A stretch of 64,000 nucleotides of DNA from an uncultured delta proteobacterium (GCA_963755125.1 CAVWIP010000001.1:283001-347000), one strand, 5' to 3'. Positions 17,894 through 27,867 are shown, counted from the first letter of the stretch. The notes: generated by a model from the sequence alone, not told the origin. Program-made: numbers and translations.

Positions 17894-19954
17894 CTAGTGC
17901 TTTCGCTTGCTGCCCCTTGCCCGATGAAACGCCCTGGGCTTCACCGGCTTCTTGCTTGATTTCTCCTCTTGCTCGGCGCCACTGACCGCGTCGCCAGCAC
18001 TTGGCTTGGCGGCGTCGTCAGCGGCGCCGAGCCCAGCCGCTGCCTTCTCCGGGGCGGCGGGCGTGGGCACGGCGGCTGGAACGGGCGGCGCAGCCGCAGT
18101 CGGCGTCGGAACCGCCGGTGCGGGCGTGGGAGGAGCGGCTGTCGGCGGCGGAATGCTGACGGCAGCCGCCGCCGGCGCGACGGCGTGGGCCTTGTTGCTT
18201 GCCTTGCCCTTCATCATCATGGCGACCACGACAATCAGAGCCACGATCACCACGGCGGCGATGAGCAAGATCGCGGTTCGTCGGCCACGGCCGATTTCTT
18301 CCACCAGTTCCCGCTCGTTCATCTTCTCGCCGGGTATCGCGACAGCCGCCGCAGGCATGGCCGTGGATGTTCCCCCGGTCCGCAGGGAAAACTTCTTCCG
18401 ATCTTCGGTGGTCACGGAACCGTCATCGACGTAGCGATCTTCCAGCGGTCTTACGTCGTCGGTGGGCAACTCGGCCTCAGCGGCAGGTTTCCCGGCGGCC
18501 GCCTGCTTGGCCTTGGCGTCGGCCACCATCTGATCCACGTCCCCCTTCTTGAACCAAAGCGTTTCGCGAAAGGCAGCGCCCGGCTTGGGAGGTGCAGCCT
18601 TGCCAGCCTCCGCAGGCTTGACGCCCAAAACCGGCGTGCCTGACCGTTGCGCAACAGCCGCCTGCTGCGCCGGCGGAACGGACTTTGGCGCTGGGGTTGC
18701 CGGACGCGGCGCGGCCGGGGGCGAGTCGATTACCATGGGCCTCGACGGAGCGGCCGGCGCAGGTCGAACAGGCGCCGCGGGCTCGGCTGCGATGGTGTCC
18801 ATGACCGATATGGTGGGCTCGACGACGGCCGCCGGCACCTTCGTCGCGGGTTTGACCGCCACCGGCTCGACGACGGGTGCTGGGGCCGCAGGCTCTCGGC
18901 TGGCCAAGGCGGCCGAGGCAGCCGCCTTGGCCGCCTTGGCCTCGGCGACCATACGCGCAACATCGGCCTGATTCCCAGCGAACAGCATGGTCTTGGCCGT
19001 CCCCACATCCGCGCCGGCAGGTTTGGCAGCTCCGCTGGCCGAAGCGCCTGGGGCGGCTGCCTTCACGGCTTCGAGTTCAGTCAGGAAAAGCCGCAGGGTC
19101 AGATGCCGGCGGCTTGAACTCTTGTCCATCGCCTTGACGATGAGGCGGTCAGCGTCGGCCGAAATTCCGGCGTCAGGCCGTCGCTGGCTGGGCGCCAAGA
19201 CCGGGCTTGAGACATGCATTTCAAGCATGGCCGCCGGTGCGGTTGCCTGGAATGGGGCCTCGCCAGTCAGCATGTGGTAGAGCATGGCCGCCAGGCTGTA
19301 GATATTTGAACGCTGGTCAGCTGGCTTGCCCTGAGCCTGCTCGGGCGAAACGTAGGCCGGGTCGCCCGCCACCCTGTCGGTGACCGGCGGGGCCAGCGGA
19401 AAGTTGATGACCTTCACGTCACCGGTCGGACCAACCAAGACGTTTCCCGGCGACACGTCCCGATGGACCAACCCGGCCTTCTGTGCCTCGAGAAGCGCTT
19501 GGCCCACCTGCGCGATCATGGCCTTGGCCGTGTCCAGGTCGACCGGACCAGCCTGCAACACGCTGGCCAGCGATTCTCCCGGGAACAGCTCCATGGCGAC
19601 GAATAGACGTTCGTCAGGCAGCCTGCCACAATCGATAATGGTGGCGACCCGTGGGCTGGAAACCCTCATGAGTTGCTTGAACTCTCGCTCCGCGCGGGAC
19701 TGGGTGGCCGACGACCCCAGCACAGCCGGGTTGACCAGCTTGAGGGCGACCTCGGCACCTGTCTGACCATCACGCGCTCGCCACACCTCGCCGGTGCTGC
19801 CGCCCCCGATGCGCTCGATTGGCTTGAAGCGCATCTCTGGTGCGTCCGGCACGGCCTCCAAGCGCTGCGGGCCGTCCGCCGTGGCACAAGTTTCCAGCGG
19901 ACAGAAATTGGCGTCCTCGGGGTACTTCGACTTGCAGATTGGACAGGTTTTCAT
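17894..19954 (-). CDS. Membrane Ser/Thr protein kinase-like protein (N-terminal Zn ribbon); probable pseudokinase
   Basis: CPIC...NFCP, IGGGSTGEVW, VALK, HRDVSPGN, YVSPEQ, SNIYSL, TGEAPF and a C-terminal TM helix. DFG is replaced by NFP. Confidence 0.88.
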   Translation of the reverse strand: MKTCPICKSKYPEDANFCPLETCATADGPQRLEAVPDAPEMRFKPIERIGGGSTGEVWRARDGQTGAEVALKLVNPAVLGSSATQSRAEREFKQLMRVSSPRVATIIDCGRLPDERLFVAMELFPGESLASVLQAGPVDLDTAKAMIAQVGQALLEAQKAGLVHRDVSPGNVLVGPTGDVKVINFPLAPPVTDRVAGDPAYVSPEQAQGKPADQRSNIYSLAAMLYHMLTGEAPFQATAPAAMLEMHVSSPVLAPSQRRPDAGISADADRLIVKAMDKSSSRRHLTLRLFLTELEAVKAAAPGASASGAAKPAGADVGTAKTMLFAGNQADVARMVAEAKAAKAAASAALASREPAAPAPVVEPVAVKPATKVPAAVVEPTISVMDTIAAEPAAPVRPAPAAPSRPMVIDSPPAAPRPATPAPKSVPPAQQAAVAQRSGTPVLGVKPAEAGKAAPPKPGAAFRETLWFKKGDVDQMVADAKAKQAAAGKPAAEAELPTDDVRPLEDRYVDDGSVTTEDRKKFSLRTGGTSTAMPAAAVAIPGEKMNERELVEEIGRGRRTAILLIAAVVIVALIVVVAMMMKGKASNKAHAVAPAAAAVSIPPPTAAPPTPAPAVPTPTAAAPPVPAAVPTPAAPEKAAAGLGAADDAAKPSAGDAVSGAEQEEKSSKKPVKPRAFHRARGSKRKH

Positions 19955-20107
19955 CCGGTACCTGAGGTGAAGTCGCTCCGCCTGCCAGGACAATTCCTCA
20001 ACAGAAACGAAGCGAGTAAATCCTAAGCCGAAGGCACCGGCGAAAGCAACAAAGGGTTCCTCTACCCATCCGGGATGCGCGGGCTGGGTGCTGCCCCGCG
20101 TTGGAAG

Positions 20108-20275
20108 CTACTCAGCGGCTGTCTTGGGCGCGGGCTGGCCCGGAGCGCCCATGCCGGCGAACAGGTCGGCCTCGGACTTCGTCGAGCGAACACTTTCTTT
20201 GGCCTTGCGCTTGTGTCCGGCGTTCGAGTGGTGCCGTTGCCGGCGCTTCCAAGTCTGACGACTGTTCGATGCCAT
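20108..20275 (-). CDS. Small basic protein (55 aa), not in the ORF track
   Basis: ATG 20275 to TAG 20108 gives MASNSRQTWKRRQRHHSNAGHKRKAKESVRSTKSEADLFAGMGAPGQPAPKTAAE. It fills the gap and is co-oriented with rel. Confidence 0.7.
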   Translation of the reverse strand: MASNSRQTWKRRQRHHSNAGHKRKAKESVRSTKSEADLFAGMGAPGQPAPKTAAE

Positions 20276-20350
20276 GGGACACTTCACTTAGCAGGGGCGA
20301 AGCGTGAGGTCAACTGCGGATGCCTCCCGTGCTGATGACTATACACGCGT

Positions 20351-22510
20351 TTACTGTCGCTCCGCTGAGATCACCCCGTCGATTCCCTGCAAGGCCCGCA
20401 CGACTTTCTTCAGTTGGTCCAGGTGACTGACCGTAACCTGGAAGGTGTTGATGCCGCGACGGTCCTCGGTGGTCTTGCACCTGGCCTGGGCGATGTTGAC
20501 CCCGAACTCGGTGAAGCACTTGGAAATGGCGGCCAGAATACCAGGGCGGTCGGTCGAAATGACCTCGACCGCCACGGGGCGCAGCATGCGGGTGTCTTCA
20601 TCCCAGGACACCTCCACCCGCCGCGCGGGATCCAGATTCAGTGCCTTGGGGCAACTCAGGGTGTGCACGATGACCCCGCGCCCGCGGCTGATGAATGCCA
20701 CGATGGGATCGCCGGGCACTGGGCTGCAGCACTTGGCAAAGCGGACCACGATGTCGGCCTCGCCCTGTACGCGCACTCCGCCCACCGAGCGCTTGGTCAA
20801 GCGCCTGGCCTGCGCGCTCGCGTCGGCAATCACGTCCGCCAGGTTTTCGGAAGTCGCGTCCACGGGCTGGGCCTCGGGGTAGATGGCGGCATAGGCGTGT
20901 TCGGGCGTGACTTTGCCGTAGCCCACGTGAACGATGAGATCGTCAGCACTGCTCAGCCGCAGTGCCGCCGCCGCCTTGTCAACCAGGTGCTCCTTTTCGG
21001 CTGTCGCCAGTGAGCGATGGTGATTGCGCAACTCGCGCGCGAGGATGTCGCGTCCCAGCCGACGGCTGCGTTCGCGCTGTTCGTTGCGCAGGTGGTGGCG
21101 GATCTTGGTCTGCGCGCTGCTGGTCACCACGAACTTCAGCCAGTCCTTGGACGGCTTCTGCGAGGTCGAGGTGATGATGTCGACCGTGTCGCCGTTGCGC
21201 AGAGGGTAGCGCAGGGGAACCATGACGCCGTTGACTCGGGCCCCTGAGCAGTGGTCACCGATCTTGGAGTGGACTGCGTAGGCGAAGTCAATGGGCGTCG
21301 CCCCCTTGGGCAAGGCCTTGACGTCACCCTTGGGTGTGAAGACGAAGACTTCCTCTTGAAACAGGTCGATCTTCACCGTCTGGATGAACTCGGTCGGATC
21401 CTTCAGATCGCGCTGCCACTCCATCAACTGGTGCAGCCAGGCGAAGGCCTGGCGATCGCCGGTACCCAGCACCGAGGGTTCCTTGTACTGCCAGTGGGCC
21501 GCGATTCCCTGTTCGGCGGTCCGGTGCATCTCGGGCGTGCGGATCTGCACCTCCATGCGGTCAGCCCCCGGCCCGATCACGGTGGTGTGCAGCGACTGAT
21601 ACAGGTTGGGCTTGGGCAGTGCGATGTAGTCCTTGAAACGTCCGGGCACCGGCATCCAGTTGGAGTGCACGATGCCGAGTGCCGCGTAGCAATTCTGGAC
21701 GGTATCCGTGATGATGCGAAACGCGACGATGTCGTAGACCTGTTCCAGCTCGCGGCCGGTCCGCTTCATCTTCTGGTTGATCGACCAGAACGACTTGGCC
21801 CGCCCACTCACCTGCGCGGGGATCGAGGCGCCGGCCAGCACGCGCTGCAACTCCTGGCAAACCTCGGTGATATAGGCATCGCGACTGGCCTGGGTTCCCG
21901 CCATCTTGGCCGAGAGATCCTGGTGGTCGTCGGGCTCGAGGTAGCGAAAAGCGAGATCTTCCAGCTCGACCTTCATCCACTGGATACCCAGCCGGTTGGC
22001 GATGGGCGCGTAGATCTCGCGCGTCTCGCGGGCGATGCGCTCCTGCTTCTCGCGCGACACGTACTGCAGGGTGCGCATGTTGTCCACGCGGTCAGCCAGC
22101 TTGACCAGGATGACCCGGATGTCACGCGCCATGGCCAGCAGCATCTTGCGGAAGTTCTCTGCCTGGCGCTCCTCGCGTGTGTTCCAGGGGATCTGACCCA
22201 GCTTGGTGACGCCGTCGACCAGTCGCTGGATCTCGGCGCCGAAGAGGCGTCCGATGTCCTCGGATGTGGCGCTGGTGTCCTCCACGCAGTCGTGTAAGAG
22301 CCCCGCGCAAATAGACGCCACGTCCAGGTTCAACTCGGCGATGGTCTTGGCCACCCCCAACGGGTGCACGAAGTACGGCTCACCCGAACGCCGCATCTGC
22401 CCCGCGTGCCGTTGCTTGGCGAAGTCATAAGCGCGACGGATGAGCCCGATGTCGGCGTTGGGGGCGCTCTTCTGCGCGGCTTCGCAGATGACGTCGATGA
22501 TCTCCATCAC
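20351..22510 (-). CDS. rel: Bifunctional (p)ppGpp synthetase/hydrolase (long RSH; HD, SYNTH, TGS, ACT)
   Basis: HAGQMRRSGEPYFVHP, LHDCVED, KLADRVDNMRTL, RFKDYIA, YQSLHTT, EVQIRT, FTPKG, DFAYAVH, DRPGIL. Confidence 0.97.
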   Translation of the reverse strand: MMEIIDVICEAAQKSAPNADIGLIRRAYDFAKQRHAGQMRRSGEPYFVHPLGVAKTIAELNLDVASICAGLLHDCVEDTSATSEDIGRLFGAEIQRLVDGVTKLGQIPWNTREERQAENFRKMLLAMARDIRVILVKLADRVDNMRTLQYVSREKQERIARETREIYAPIANRLGIQWMKVELEDLAFRYLEPDDHQDLSAKMAGTQASRDAYITEVCQELQRVLAGASIPAQVSGRAKSFWSINQKMKRTGRELEQVYDIVAFRIITDTVQNCYAALGIVHSNWMPVPGRFKDYIALPKPNLYQSLHTTVIGPGADRMEVQIRTPEMHRTAEQGIAAHWQYKEPSVLGTGDRQAFAWLHQLMEWQRDLKDPTEFIQTVKIDLFQEEVFVFTPKGDVKALPKGATPIDFAYAVHSKIGDHCSGARVNGVMVPLRYPLRNGDTVDIITSTSQKPSKDWLKFVVTSSAQTKIRHHLRNEQRERSRRLGRDILARELRNHHRSLATAEKEHLVDKAAAALRLSSADDLIVHVGYGKVTPEHAYAAIYPEAQPVDATSENLADVIADASAQARRLTKRSVGGVRVQGEADIVVRFAKCCSPVPGDPIVAFISRGRGVIVHTLSCPKALNLDPARRVEVSWDEDTRMLRPVAVEVISTDRPGILAAISKCFTEFGVNIAQARCKTTEDRRGINTFQVTVSHLDQLKKVVRALQGIDGVISAERQ

Positions 22511-23157
22511 GGCTTGCCGACAGCGGCACGAGAGGCCGCCTCGCGCAACAAGGCCTGCGCCAGTTCGTCGTTGCGGACGCGCGTGCAGCCGGCTGCCACG
22601 TAGATGGCGCGCAGCTTGGCGTAGGCCTGGTCCAGGTTGTCGTTGACGACCAGATAGTCGTACTCACCGTAGTGGGTGAGCTCCTCGTGGGCCATGGCCA
22701 GCCGGCGCTCGATCACGTCGCTGGCATCGGTGGCGCGCTGGCGCAGGCGGCGCTCCAGCTCCTTCATCGACGGGGGTAAGATGAAGCACAGCACGCTCTC
22801 CGCGGGCCACAGGCGGCGAATCTGGCGGCCGCCCTGGTAGTCGACGTCGAACAGGCAATCCACGCCCTCAGCCAGTGAGTCGGTTACCGTCGCGACGCTG
22901 GTCCCGTACTGGTTGCCGTGGACGACCGCCCACTCGGCGAATTCGCGGCCCTCGACCATCTGGGCAAAGCGTTCGCGGCTCACGAAGTGGTAGTCTTTCC
23001 CCTGCACTTCATCCTTGCGGGGCTGGCGCGTGGTGTACGAGACGGAGAAGCGAAGGTCGAACTCCCCGGCCAGCCGTCGTGCCAGCGTGGTCTTGCCGGC
23101 GCCCGAGGGTGAGGAGATGACCAGCAAGAGGCCGGGGTTTCTATCGGGTGACGTCAT
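22507..23157 (-). CDS. gmk: Guanylate kinase
   Basis: SSPSGAGKTT, SVSYTTRQPR, DYHFVS, HGNQYGT, FILPPS. Stop overlaps the rel start (GTGA). Confidence 0.96.
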   Translation of the reverse strand: MTSPDRNPGLLLVISSPSGAGKTTLARRLAGEFDLRFSVSYTTRQPRKDEVQGKDYHFVSRERFAQMVEGREFAEWAVVHGNQYGTSVATVTDSLAEGVDCLFDVDYQGGRQIRRLWPAESVLCFILPPSMKELERRLRQRATDASDVIERRLAMAHEELTHYGEYDYLVVNDNLDQAYAKLRAIYVAAGCTRVRNDELAQALLREAASRAAVGKP

Positions 23158-23182
23158 GTCTCGGCATTTCTCGTCGGGTGGC

Positions 23183-24076
23183 TCACTCGATATTCTGGGC
23201 TTGCTCGCGCAGTTTCTCCAGTTCCGCCTTGCTCTCGACCACCAGGGCGGCGATGGGGGCGTCCTGGACCTTGGAGCCGATGGTGTTGATCTCGCGGCCA
23301 ACCTCTTGCACGAGGAAATCGATTTTGCGCCCGGCGGCCTCGGGGGCTGCGCCAGAAAGCAGTTCTCCCAAATGGTCGAGATGCGTGCGCAAACGAACCA
23401 GTTCCTCCGAAACGTCGAGTTTCTCTGCCAGCACGGCCACCTCCTGCGCCAGCCGCCCGGGATCGAGTCCGGCGCTGCTGGTCGCGAGGGCGGCCAAGCG
23501 TTCTTCCAGCTTGCGGGCCGCGCGGGTCGGCAAACTGGCGGCGGCCTGGGCGACGTGGGCCGCCAGCTCGCGCAGGCGATCGAGCCGCTGGCGCAGATCG
23601 GAGCAGAGAGCCGCTCCTTCGCGGGCCCGCGTGGCTTGTACTTGCTGCAGAGCTTGCTCCACGGCGGGGCGTACGCCCTGCCAGGTCATCTCGTCGCGCC
23701 GGACCTGGCGGGCTGCGGGGCCAGCCAGGAACGCAGCCACGGTGGACAGATCGACCGGCTGGGCCAGGCCCAGTTCGCGGCGCAGGGTCTCGATCGCATC
23801 GTGGGCCTGGCGCACAACCGCGAGATCGATGAGAGCGTCCGGCGCGTCGATGCCTTCCTCGCGTATGGAGACGCTGACCGAGCCGCGCACGATCTGCGCA
23901 CGAACCGCGCGCACGATCTCGCTCTCTACGGCCGCCGGGATGTCTCCCTCGCGACCCCGCACTTTCACGTCGCTGACTCGGCCGTTGAGCGAACGGATCT
24001 CGACGGTAACCCGTCGCGCACCGGTCTCGGCTGTCCCACGCCCGAACCCGGTCATACTCAGCAGACAGGTGCTCAT
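23183..24076 (-). CDS. yicC: YicC/YloC family endoribonuclease
   Basis: SMTGFG, EIRSLN, DVSEELVRL, GRKIDFLVQEVGREINTIGSK, EKLREQAQNIE. Confidence 0.95.
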   Translation of the reverse strand: MSTCLLSMTGFGRGTAETGARRVTVEIRSLNGRVSDVKVRGREGDIPAAVESEIVRAVRAQIVRGSVSVSIREEGIDAPDALIDLAVVRQAHDAIETLRRELGLAQPVDLSTVAAFLAGPAARQVRRDEMTWQGVRPAVEQALQQVQATRAREGAALCSDLRQRLDRLRELAAHVAQAAASLPTRAARKLEERLAALATSSAGLDPGRLAQEVAVLAEKLDVSEELVRLRTHLDHLGELLSGAAPEAAGRKIDFLVQEVGREINTIGSKVQDAPIAALVVESKAELEKLREQAQNIE

Positions 24077-25020
24077 GGCATCGACCTCTGCTGGCGGAAC
24101 CAAGCCAGGGTCCGCTGCAGCCCGGTGGGGAAATCCACCGCCGCGGTGTAACCGAGCATGGCCTTGGCCTGCGCGATGTCAGCCAGCGAATGGCGAACGT
24201 CGCCAGCTCGCGCCGGCTCGTGGCGAGCAGCGATCGGCCGAGCCAACGACTCGCCGAGCAAGGCCAGAACCCGATTCAGGCTGGTGCCGGTTCCGCACGC
24301 GATGTTGAAGATCTTTCCCGAAACACCGTCGGCGTCTGCGGCCCGCAGATTGGCCTCGACCACGTTGTCGATGAAACAGAAGTCGCGCGATTGTTCGCCG
24401 TCGCCGAAGACGGTGGCGGGCTGGCCCTGCAGCGCAGCCGTAATGAAGCGCGGGATCACCGCTGCATACTGCGAGTTCGGATCCTGACGCGGACCGAACA
24501 CATTGAAGTAGCGCAGGATCACGGCCTGCACGCCAAACACCCGCGCGTACACTCGACAATAGTGCTCGCCCGCCAGCTTGGACGCAGCGTAGGGAGAGAG
24601 CGGCGCGGGCGCCATGCTCTCGACCACAGGCAGGCTCGGCGGCTCGCCATAGGCCGAGGACGAGCCGGCATAGACCACGCGCCGAACCTGGCAGCGACGC
24701 GCAGCCTCGAGCACGTTGAGCGTGCCCGTCGCGTTGGCGTTGTGGCTGGCCAGCGGCGCAGCCAACGAACGCGGCACCGAGGGAATCGCGGCTTCGTGAA
24801 ACACGACGTCCGCCCCGGCGAAAGCCCGGTCCAGCACGCTCGCGTCGAGAATGTCCCCTTCCACGACCGCAAGGCCGGTGGACACATCTTTAAGATTCTC
24901 GCGCTTGCCGGAGGAGAAGTTGTCCAGCACCAAGACGTCATCGCCTCGTGCGACCAAGGCGCGCGCGAGCGCGGATCCAATAAATCCGGCTCCTCCGGTG
25001 ATGACAATCCTTTTCGACAT
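24073..25020 (-). CDS. NAD-dependent nucleotide-sugar 4-epimerase (WbpP/UDP-GlcNAc epimerase-like SDR)
   Basis: ITGGAGFIGS, HEAAIPSVPRS, SPYAASK, RYFNVFGPRQDP..YAAVIP, DGEQSRDF. Confidence 0.93.
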   Translation of the reverse strand: MSKRIVITGGAGFIGSALARALVARGDDVLVLDNFSSGKRENLKDVSTGLAVVEGDILDASVLDRAFAGADVVFHEAAIPSVPRSLAAPLASHNANATGTLNVLEAARRCQVRRVVYAGSSSAYGEPPSLPVVESMAPAPLSPYAASKLAGEHYCRVYARVFGVQAVILRYFNVFGPRQDPNSQYAAVIPRFITAALQGQPATVFGDGEQSRDFCFIDNVVEANLRAADADGVSGKIFNIACGTGTSLNRVLALLGESLARPIAARHEPARAGDVRHSLADIAQAKAMLGYTAAVDFPTGLQRTLAWFRQQRSMP

Positions 25021-25051
25021 GCGGTTCAGGCAGGCTGGAGAAAGGAGTCCT

Positions 25052-26197
25052 TTAGCGCGTTTCCCCCGCCGGGGACAGGGTTTTGCTCGCAGCGGAACGG
25101 GGCGCTGGGAAGGGCAGCCCGGCAAGGCCGGAGCCGTAGCGGGCATCAAGGAAGAAACCCTTGCTTTTCCCCGCCGAGATGCGGATGCGGGGCAGGCCCT
25201 GCGCATCGCGTTCATCCTGTGCGGCGAAGCCGCAGGCTGCGTCCGTCACCACGCGGCTGGTTGGCCCCACGCCCGCGGCAGTCAACACCACCCGGTGCGT
25301 TTCGGCTGAAAAGCGCCCACGAAATGCGCCGGCCGGCTCAAGTGCCTGGCCGTTAAAGTGGAACTTGTCCATCTCCCCGTCCGGCCTGGCCACTTCCAGT
25401 CCTGCGGCACCATTTTCCGAGAACCACAGGGCCAGCTGCCGAACATCGCCGGGCAACTCGACGCCCGGTCCCAGGGTCATGCTGGGAACATCGAGTTGCC
25501 GCACGCCAAGACCGCGCAAGAGGTCCGGCTGACCTTGCGCCCGCACCAGCCGGCCCGCGCGTACGAACACGATCCGGTGGCCGTCCGGTGACTGCACGAA
25601 GGCAAGCACGCGCCCGTCCTCGGCGGTGACGGGAAGATACCGTCCCGAACGCGGCAGCCAAGCGTAGATTTCCTGGTTCATCCCCAGCACCAGGACACCC
25701 CGCCCTTCCAGCTTGACCGGGGGCTGCGTGCGCGCCACGAAGAACAGGCCCCCTTGCGCAGCCTTGCCCCACTCCGTCGACGCCTCGGCCAAGGCGGCCT
25801 TCAGTCTGGCCAGCCACTCGGGTCGAATCTGCAGCGCCCCGAGATCAGCCGCTTCCATCACCTCGCGCGCCCCGGGAACGTAGGCATGGCGGATCAGCGC
25901 CACCGCCTGCTCGGTCGCCTCGGCGAAGCGATCTTCGCGTGCGTGGGCACAAGCCAGGTTGAGCCAAGGAGCGACGAAGTCAGGGTCCACTCTCCTGGCC
26001 AACTCGTACTTGGCACGGGCCTCGGCGAAACGTCCCTCGCGGTAGAGGACCTTGCCCTCGCGGTTGAGATCCATGGCCTGCTGGGGCGGCAGATGCACGA
26101 CCTGGGCCTTCCCGGGGCCGTTCGCGTCCGGCGCGGACGCTGGACAGGCCGCTAGCAGCAAACTGGTAACGGCCAGCCCGATCACGGATCGACCCAC
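25052..26197 (-). CDS. TPR-containing lipoprotein with a TolB-like beta-strand region
   Basis: LLAAC lipobox, LNREGKVLYREGRFAEA...WLNLACAHA, QSPDGHRIVFV. Confidence 0.75.
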   Translation of the reverse strand: MGRSVIGLAVTSLLLAACPASAPDANGPGKAQVVHLPPQQAMDLNREGKVLYREGRFAEARAKYELARRVDPDFVAPWLNLACAHAREDRFAEATEQAVALIRHAYVPGAREVMEAADLGALQIRPEWLARLKAALAEASTEWGKAAQGGLFFVARTQPPVKLEGRGVLVLGMNQEIYAWLPRSGRYLPVTAEDGRVLAFVQSPDGHRIVFVRAGRLVRAQGQPDLLRGLGVRQLDVPSMTLGPGVELPGDVRQLALWFSENGAAGLEVARPDGEMDKFHFNGQALEPAGAFRGRFSAETHRVVLTAAGVGPTSRVVTDAACGFAAQDERDAQGLPRIRISAGKSKGFFLDARYGSGLAGLPFPAPRSAASKTLSPAGETR

Positions 26198-27867
26198 ACC
26201 GACCGCAGATCCAAGCGATCGCCCACGCCTGCCAATCCATGCACTCGTTTGGCGACCAGCGCAGGGACGTCGTGGCGGTAGAGAAAGATGACGGGCCGGT
26301 CACTGGCCAGCCACTCGCCGACTTGCTGCAGGACCGGCACGCGCGCCGCAGGCCCTGGCGCCAGGCGCACCTGCTCGATCAAGGACTGCAGGTGCTCTGA
26401 GCGATATCCGCTGAAGGCGAGCTGGCCCTGGCTGCCGCAGAGTAGGCGAGGATCCTCGTCGCGCCAGCCTTCCCAGGTCAGGGTCACCAGATCGAAATCG
26501 CCACGGTCAAGTCGCGACTGCAAGGTGCTGGCGTCGACCGTGATGGTGTCGAGCAGGAGGCCCGCCCGACGAAGGTCGAGAGCAAACGCGCGAACCTCGG
26601 CTGCCAGGCTGCGCGCTCCGGCGGGAAGCAGAAAGGTCAGGCGGATGGGCACACCGCCCACGTCGCGTACGCCATCTCCATCGGAGTCGCGGAACCCGGC
26701 GTCTTCCAGCAAAGCGCTGGCCTGCTTGCGATCCATAGGGTCCGGCGGAACCTCGGCAAACGTGGGTGCACCGATGGGACGTGCCAGGCCGTGGTGGATC
26801 TCCTCGGCGAAACGCGTCCGATCCCACAGCAAGCTGAGCGCCTGGCGGAAACGGGCGTCACCGAGCGGCCCCCGCCGATGGTTGGGCACGACGAACGACG
26901 TGCGATCCGGCGTCAGCCACCACAACTCGAAGGCGTCCCGCAGGGTGGCCGGTGCCACCTGCTCAGGGTAAAGCACGTCGAGCACGCGGGGCAGAATGTC
27001 GATCTCGCCGCGCCGGGTGCGGACCAGCGCCCGCGAGCCATCACCGTCGATTTCGAACACGATCTCGTCGAGGAAGGGCGGTTGCGGTCGCTCCGCGGGC
27101 CGGCTGCGCACCAGGCGAATGCGCTTGCCGTGCTCCCAGGACGAAAAACGGAATGGGCCCGTGCCCACGGGCTGGCGCCCGAGCTGGCTGGCCGCCGAAC
27201 CCACCTTGCGCAGGGATTCGGCCGGCAGGATGGGGATTTCGCACAGGGCACGCAGAACCAGATCAGACGGCCGGCGCAGGCGGAAACGCGCCCCTCGCTC
27301 GGGCAGCACGTCGACGCCCTCGACGTCTTCCAGCATGGCGTGCCACATCGCCTGGTGACTGCTCGCGCGCAAGAGCGGCTCGAAGGTGGCTTGCACGTCG
27401 AGGCCCGAAACCACGCGGTCGTCGTGCCAGCGCGCGCCGCTGCGCAACTTGACGGTGATGCGCTCGCCGTCGGGCGAGACCTCCCAGCTCTCGGCCAGCG
27501 CTGGCCGATATTGGTTCTCCCGGCACTCGATCAGCGTCTCGTATACCAGATTGGCCACCACCCTCTGAATGACCTGAATCTGGTCCTGCAGCGGGTTGAG
27601 GTGCGGCGGCTCGGCCTCCAAGTGGACATGGAGCGTTCCGCCATACGGATCTGGGCGCGAGGGTCTGGGGGCGATCGCTGGCAGCGTGATCCCGTTTGGC
27701 GGGCGAATGGGCCGATGCGAACCCGGGACACCCCCGTCACTAGGCTGCGGTTGCGCGGCTGTTGGCCGGTGCGGATTGCCGTGGTGCCGGGTGCAGGCGA
27801 CGCAAGCCAGCGCCGCCAGCAACGTCACCAGGACGGCTTTGGGGTCTTGTGGCCCGCAAATGACCAT
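26182..27867 (-). CDS. ABC transporter substrate-binding lipoprotein, peptide/nickel family 5
   Basis: YGGTL, EPPHLNP, PALAESWEVSPDG, WHDD, PVGTGPF, DSDGDGVRD. Start uncertain. Confidence 0.9.
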   Translation of the reverse strand: MVICGPQDPKAVLVTLLAALACVACTRHHGNPHRPTAAQPQPSDGGVPGSHRPIRPPNGITLPAIAPRPSRPDPYGGTLHVHLEAEPPHLNPLQDQIQVIQRVVANLVYETLIECRENQYRPALAESWEVSPDGERITVKLRSGARWHDDRVVSGLDVQATFEPLLRASSHQAMWHAMLEDVEGVDVLPERGARFRLRRPSDLVLRALCEIPILPAESLRKVGSAASQLGRQPVGTGPFRFSSWEHGKRIRLVRSRPAERPQPPFLDEIVFEIDGDGSRALVRTRRGEIDILPRVLDVLYPEQVAPATLRDAFELWWLTPDRTSFVVPNHRRGPLGDARFRQALSLLWDRTRFAEEIHHGLARPIGAPTFAEVPPDPMDRKQASALLEDAGFRDSDGDGVRDVGGVPIRLTFLLPAGARSLAAEVRAFALDLRRAGLLLDTITVDASTLQSRLDRGDFDLVTLTWEGWRDEDPRLLCGSQGQLAFSGYRSEHLQSLIEQVRLAPGPAARVPVLQQVGEWLASDRPVIFLYRHDVPALVAKRVHGLAGVGDRLDLRSVWVDP

